Assembly (NCBI GenBank): GCA_934597725.1 | Contig: CAKTSK010000005.1 | Coordinates: 21,111 to 85,110, forward strand | Direction of reading: 5' to 3' | Source of the DNA: an uncultured Eubacteriales bacterium | GTDB lineage: Bacteria; Bacillota; Clostridia; Oscillospirales; Oscillospiraceae | DNA: 64,000 nucleotides | Shown here: positions 59,204 to 64,000 of the stretch, piece by piece | Layout of the letters: each line of letters starts with the position of its first letter | How positions within the stretch are numbered: the stretch's first letter is position 1 | Notes under the pieces: model-generated | What the model was told of the DNA's origin: nothing | Database searches by the model: none | What the model saw: the letters and a program-made list of their open reading frames with translations, nothing else | Program-made: the position numbers and the translations under genes

Positions 59204-60033
59204 TGCGCATCCAAACCGTTTGGGCGGCCTATTTCAGCGCCACCGACACCACCAAGCAGGTGGTCACCCAGGTGGCCCGCCGCCTGGCCCAGCAGGCCAA
59301 CTGTCCCATGGAAGTCTACGATTTCACCCACTTGCAGACCCGCCAGCAGCCCCCCAAGACCTTCTCCGCCGGGGACCTGGTGGTCTTTGGCACGCCGGTC
59401 TACGCCGGCCGGGTGCCCAACCTGCTCATCAAGTTCGTCGCCTCGGTCCGGGGCGGCGGGGCCTTGGCCGTGCCGGTGGTATGCTACGGCAACCGGGCCT
59501 ATGACGACGCCCTCATGGAGCTGCGCAACACTCTGGAGGCCGGGGGCTTTGCCACCGTGGCCGCCGGCGCGTTCTCCTGCCACCACGCCTTTTCCCAGAC
59601 CCAGAACGCCGGCCGGCCGGACATCAGCGACCTGACCATCGCCGCCGGCTTTGCCGACCAGGTATTCCGCAAGGTGGAGGCCCTGGCCAGCCTGGACGGC
59701 CACATCCCGGTCCCCGTAGCGGGCAACGATCCCGTCGGCCCCTACTACACCCCCCGGGACCGCCACGGCAACCCCATCAACATCCTGCCCGTCAAGCCCA
59801 AGACCACCGACGCCTGCACCCAGTGCGGCCAGTGCGCCGAGGAATGTCCCCTGGGGGCCATTGACCCGGAAGACGCCCATCTGGTCCCCGGCAAGTGCAT
59901 GAAGTGCAACCGCTGCGTCCGGGTCTGCCCGGTCCAGGCCAAGTATTTTGACGACCCCAACTACCTCTACCACAAGAGCGAGCTGGAGGATCTGTACTCC
60001 TGGCCCCGGAAGGAACCGGAGCTCTTCCTGTAA
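59204..60033 (+). CDS. Flavodoxin-like domain fused to a 2x[4Fe-4S] ferredoxin domain (EFR1-family ferredoxin)
   Basis: Two CxxCxxCxxxCP motifs (CTQCGQCAEECP, CMKCNRCVRVCP) after a flavodoxin-like N-terminal domain. Confidence 0.75.
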
Positions 60034-60057
60034 CCGCCCCGCCCCCACCAACACAAA

Positions 60058-60092
60058 CAACGCCCTGCGCCGGACGATGGCGCAGGGCGTTG
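60058..60092. terminator. Hairpin between convergent ferredoxin and GNAT genes
   Basis: AACGCCCTGCGCC...GGCGCAGGGCGTT. Confidence 0.5.
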
Positions 60093-60117
60093 TGTCGTTC
60101 TGTTGCGGGAACCCCGG

Positions 60118-60588
60118 TCAGGCCGCCTGACGGCCGCCCGGCAGGGTGGTGTGCTCAAACATCTGCGTGGGTTCTCCCCAGGCGCAGGCATCGGGGCCAA
60201 TGGTGTGGAAGCCAAACTTCTCATAATAGTTGATGTGCTCCGAGGCCAGATAGATCTTGCCAAAGCCCAGCTCTCCGCCCCGCCGCCGGGCGTGGTCGAT
60301 GAGCAGGGCGCTGAGATGGTTGCCCCGGAACGCCGGGTCCAGGTACAGGGTGGCGATCCAGAGACCCTTCCGGTCGCTCCAGAGGATCTCCTTGATGGCC
60401 AGGGTGTAACCCCCCACCACCCGGTCGCCTTCCACGGCGATGCAGGCTTCCGGCAGGGGACCCTTGGTCCGAAGCACCTGCTCCATGTGCTTTTTGATCC
60501 AGGGCATACAGGTCGGCCAATGGTTCTCCAGGCTCTCCAGCATGGCCGGAATGTACTCCGGTCGTTCTCGGATGGAATAGATCCTCAT
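60118..60588 (-). CDS. GNAT-family N-acetyltransferase
   Basis: MRIYSIRERPEY...; acetyl-CoA binding motif region; RBS GGAAAGGAGGGG. Confidence 0.75.
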   Translation of the reverse strand: MRIYSIRERPEYIPAMLESLENHWPTCMPWIKKHMEQVLRTKGPLPEACIAVEGDRVVGGYTLAIKEILWSDRKGLWIATLYLDPAFRGNHLSALLIDHARRRGGELGFGKIYLASEHINYYEKFGFHTIGPDACAWGEPTQMFEHTTLPGGRQAA

Positions 60589-60741
60589 CACGGTCCCCTC
60601 CTTTCCGGGGTGGTGACGGGCTTCCTTGGCCTTCCGGGGAGGTCTCCCTCCCCTCACTTATAGTATATCCCTTTTGCACAAAAAATCAACTGCCGGATGG
60701 GAAAATTTACACTTTTCTCCCATCCGGCAGGCTCGGTCCGG

Positions 60742-61176
60742 TTATTCCTCCATGGCGGTGATCAGCCCCACCCGGCGGGCGTGGCGGCCGCCCTCGAAGT
60801 CGGTGCGGAGAAAGACCTCCACGATCCGCTCGGCCAGGTTGGGCCCCACCATCCCGGCCCCCATGGCCAGCATGTTGGCGTCGTTGTGGCGGCGGGTCAT
60901 CTCGGCCGACAGGGGGTCGCTGCACAGGGCGCAGCGGATGCCCTTGACCTTGTTGGCGGCAATGGAAATGCCGATGCCGGTGGTGCAGATGACGATGCCC
61001 TTTTCACAGGTGCCGTCGGCCACGGCCTCTGCGGCGGCTTTGCCATAAATGGGGTAGTCGCAGCTGTCGGTGCTGTCGCAGCCATAATCCCGGTAGGCGA
61101 TGCCCTCTTTGTCCAGGTAGGCTTTGATCCGCTCTTTCAGGGGGAAGCCCCCGTGGTCAGAACCCAATGCGATCAT
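60742..61176 (-). CDS. rpiB: Ribose-5-phosphate isomerase B
   Basis: MIALGSDHGGFPLKE...ICTTGIGISIAANK RpiB/LacAB signature. Confidence 0.85.
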   Translation of the reverse strand: MIALGSDHGGFPLKERIKAYLDKEGIAYRDYGCDSTDSCDYPIYGKAAAEAVADGTCEKGIVICTTGIGISIAANKVKGIRCALCSDPLSAEMTRRHNDANMLAMGAGMVGPNLAERIVEVFLRTDFEGGRHARRVGLITAMEE

Positions 61177-61223
61177 GGTCCTCTCCTCCATTTCTTTGGT
61201 GGGGCGGCAAGCCGCCCGTTGGT

Positions 61224-62021
61224 TCACAGCCGGAACAGCTCCGGTTTGCGCTGGTGATAGACGGCCACATAGCGGAAGCCGCAGTCCTGCATGAGCTGAT
61301 AGGCCTCCCGGATGCCCCGGCCCAGCGGGTCCGGGGCGTGGGCGTCGGAGCCCACGGTGAGGATCTCGCCGCCCAGCTCCTTATAATCCTTGAGTAGCGG
61401 GCGCCACGCGGCCAGGGTCTGGCCCTTCCAGGTGTTGATCTCAATGCCCCGGCCGGAGTCGATGGCCAGGCGCAGGATCTCCCGGATCTGGTCCCGATAC
61501 CGGGCCAGACTGGGGGTCTCGCAGGGGCCGTTCATGTACCGCAGGGGGTAGATCACATGGCCCACCACGTCATAGTAAGGGGTGGCCGCCATTTTTTGCA
61601 TAGAGGCAAAGTAGTTGTCCAGCGCCCGGTAGCAGTCCTCCAGCGTATCATAGGAAAGCAGGTAGAAGTCCCGCCCGCCGTCCTTCTCGTCCATATTATG
61701 ACAGGACCCGATGACAAAGTCCAGCCCCGGCTGGCTGAGGATCTTCTCCGCCGCCTCGGGGTAGAGGTGGGCCATGCCAAATTCCAGGCCCAGGGGCAGG
61801 TCCAGCCGGGTGCCGAAGGCATCCAGCATGGTCTGGCGCTCCCGCAGCACGGCCTGCCAGTTGTAGTCCAGGGTGCGCTCCCCTTCCAGGCTCAGCAGGT
61901 CGCAGTGGTCGGTCAGGCACATCACGTCCAGGCCATAGGCCAGGGCCTGACGGGCCATCTCCACCATGGGCGCGTTGCTGTCCGGGGAGACCCGGGAGTG
62001 GGTGTGACAATCGGCGATCAT
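61224..62021 (-). CDS. PHP-family phosphoesterase (histidinol-phosphatase HisK-like)
   Basis: MIADCHTHS... His-rich metal motifs (HTH, TDH, SDAH); RBS GGAAAGGAA. Confidence 0.7.
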   Translation of the reverse strand: MIADCHTHSRVSPDSNAPMVEMARQALAYGLDVMCLTDHCDLLSLEGERTLDYNWQAVLRERQTMLDAFGTRLDLPLGLEFGMAHLYPEAAEKILSQPGLDFVIGSCHNMDEKDGGRDFYLLSYDTLEDCYRALDNYFASMQKMAATPYYDVVGHVIYPLRYMNGPCETPSLARYRDQIREILRLAIDSGRGIEINTWKGQTLAAWRPLLKDYKELGGEILTVGSDAHAPDPLGRGIREAYQLMQDCGFRYVAVYHQRKPELFRL

Positions 62022-62048
62022 AGTCTGTTCCTTTCCTGCCGGGGGCGG

Positions 62049-63218
62049 TTACTTCTTTTTCCGTTTATGGAAAATGGAGCGCTCCTCGCTCTCCCCCGCC
62101 CCGCTGGCGGGGACCTCGCCCATGGTCTCGGCGAACTTCCGCAGGGCCTGGCGCTGCTCCTCGTTCAGGTTCCGGGGGATCTCCACCCGGATGTTCACAA
62201 ACTGATCGCCCCGGCCCCGGCCGTTGAGGACGGGAACGCCCTTGCCCCGCAGGCGGAGGGTGGTCCCGGGCTGGGTCCCCGGCTCTACCTTGCACTTGAT
62301 CTTGCCGTCCAGGGAGGGGATCTCCACCTCTGCGCCCAGGGTGGCCTGGAGGATGGAGACCGTCTGGTCCAGATAGATGTGGGAGCCGTCCCGGCGCAGG
62401 CGGGGATGGGGGGAGACGGTGATGGCCACGATCAGGTCCCCGGCGGGGCCGCCGTTGCGGCCCATGTCGCCCTGGCCCCGGACGGAAATGGCCTGGCCGT
62501 TGTCGATGCCGGCGGGCACCTTGACGTGGACCTTCTTCTGCCGCCGCACGCCGCCGCTGCCGCCGCAGGCCTTGCACTTCTGGTGGATGATCTTGCCCTC
62601 GCCCCGGCAGTTGGGGCAGACGGTGGAGGTGGACATGGTGCCGAACACCGTGCGCTGCTGCACCCGCACCTGGCCGGAGCCATGGCACTCGGGGCAGACC
62701 TCCGCCGTGGTCCCCGGCTCGCAGCCGGAGCCGCCGCACACGTCGCAGCTCTCCACATGGGAAATGGTCACGTCTTTCTCGCAGCCGAAGGCGGCCTCTT
62801 CCAGGGTCAGGGTCAGGCCGGCCCGGACGGTGCTTCCCTTGGCCGGGCCCGTCCGGGAGGCGCCGCCGCCCCCGCCGAAGCCGCCAAAGCCGCCCCCAAA
62901 GCCCCCGCCGAAGAAGGAGCCAAAGATATCCCCCATATCAAAGCCGCCAAAGCCGCCGGCCCCGGCGCCAGCGCCGAAGTTGGGGTCCACCCCGGCAAAG
63001 CCGAACTGGTCGTATTTGGCCCGCTTCTCCTTGTCCGAGAGGACTTCATAGGCCTCGTTGATCTCTTTGAACCGGGCCTCGGCCTCTTTGTCCCCGGGGT
63101 TCAGGTCCGGGTGGTTCTGCTTGGCCAGCTTCCGGTAGGCTTTTTTCAGCTCGTCGTCCGAGGCGCCCTTCTTGACCCCCAGGACTTCGTAATAATCTCG
63201 TTTTTTCTGGTCTGCCAT
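62049..63218 (-). CDS. dnaJ: Molecular chaperone DnaJ
   Basis: J-domain with HPD, G/F-rich linker, four CxxCxGxG zinc-finger repeats. Confidence 0.95.
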   Translation of the reverse strand: MADQKKRDYYEVLGVKKGASDDELKKAYRKLAKQNHPDLNPGDKEAEARFKEINEAYEVLSDKEKRAKYDQFGFAGVDPNFGAGAGAGGFGGFDMGDIFGSFFGGGFGGGFGGFGGGGGASRTGPAKGSTVRAGLTLTLEEAAFGCEKDVTISHVESCDVCGGSGCEPGTTAEVCPECHGSGQVRVQQRTVFGTMSTSTVCPNCRGEGKIIHQKCKACGGSGGVRRQKKVHVKVPAGIDNGQAISVRGQGDMGRNGGPAGDLIVAITVSPHPRLRRDGSHIYLDQTVSILQATLGAEVEIPSLDGKIKCKVEPGTQPGTTLRLRGKGVPVLNGRGRGDQFVNIRVEIPRNLNEEQRQALRKFAETMGEVPASGAGESEERSIFHKRKKK

Positions 63219-63330
63219 GGCGTTCTCACCTCACAATAGGCTCAGGGGGGCTGGGCCGCCCCTGGTTACTTCACACAAGCAGGGGGACAGGAAATCCTGT
63301 CCCCCGCTGTCGCGTTGGAATCGCGCTTGC

Positions 63331-64000
<670 letters not shown>

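Noticed and set aside
61557-63239. 560-aa plus-strand ORF
   Set aside because: Antisense to the PHP phosphatase and dnaJ; Gly/Ala/Pro-rich artefact (the dnaJ G/F-region complement).

Overview
This is a high-GC (~62-66%) Gram-positive chromosomal segment, Clostridia-like, possibly Oscillospiraceae/Ruminococcaceae. The sporulation cluster yabP-yabQ-divIC-yabR, an SLH-domain protein and two long-form HPF genes support that call. Most of the window is core metabolism and housekeeping: fumC (3' end), malic enzyme, ilvBHC with a separate ilvA, panE, pncB-niaR niacin salvage, rpiB, dnaJ-dnaK. It also carries alcohol and aldehyde dehydrogenases, an acyl-CoA ligase, a NitT/TauT-type ABC transporter with duplicated binding proteins and an embedded mntP, amino-acid permeases, and many one-component regulators (3 LysR, TetR, MerR, WYL, NiaR). 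I found no transposase or integrase, no CRISPR array and no tRNA or rRNA genes. Several regions look accessory or unusual. (1) A MerR/TipAS-family regulator is co-transcribed with a short stand-alone SIR2_2-family protein behind a textbook 19-bp-spacer MerR promoter, divergent from a WYL-regulator module with a uORF, TfoX_N, GyrI-like and SRPBCC genes. (2) A ~2-kb low-GC (~42-48%) island begins inside an anti-sigma-factor gene that follows an ECF sigma factor, and encodes small secreted proteins plus a possibly frameshifted larger protein. (3) Two paralogous membrane-anchored proteins with duplicated leader sequences flank a 2-TM peptide upstream of TraX plus an OmpR/HK two-component system. 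(4) ilvB is preceded by a candidate Ile/Leu/Val-rich leader-peptide attenuator rather than a T-box. (5) A perfect 38-bp palindrome sits between niaR and an EIIC-like transporter gene. Many long ORFs in the six-frame track are antisense, Gly/Pro/Arg-rich high-GC artefacts and were ignored.
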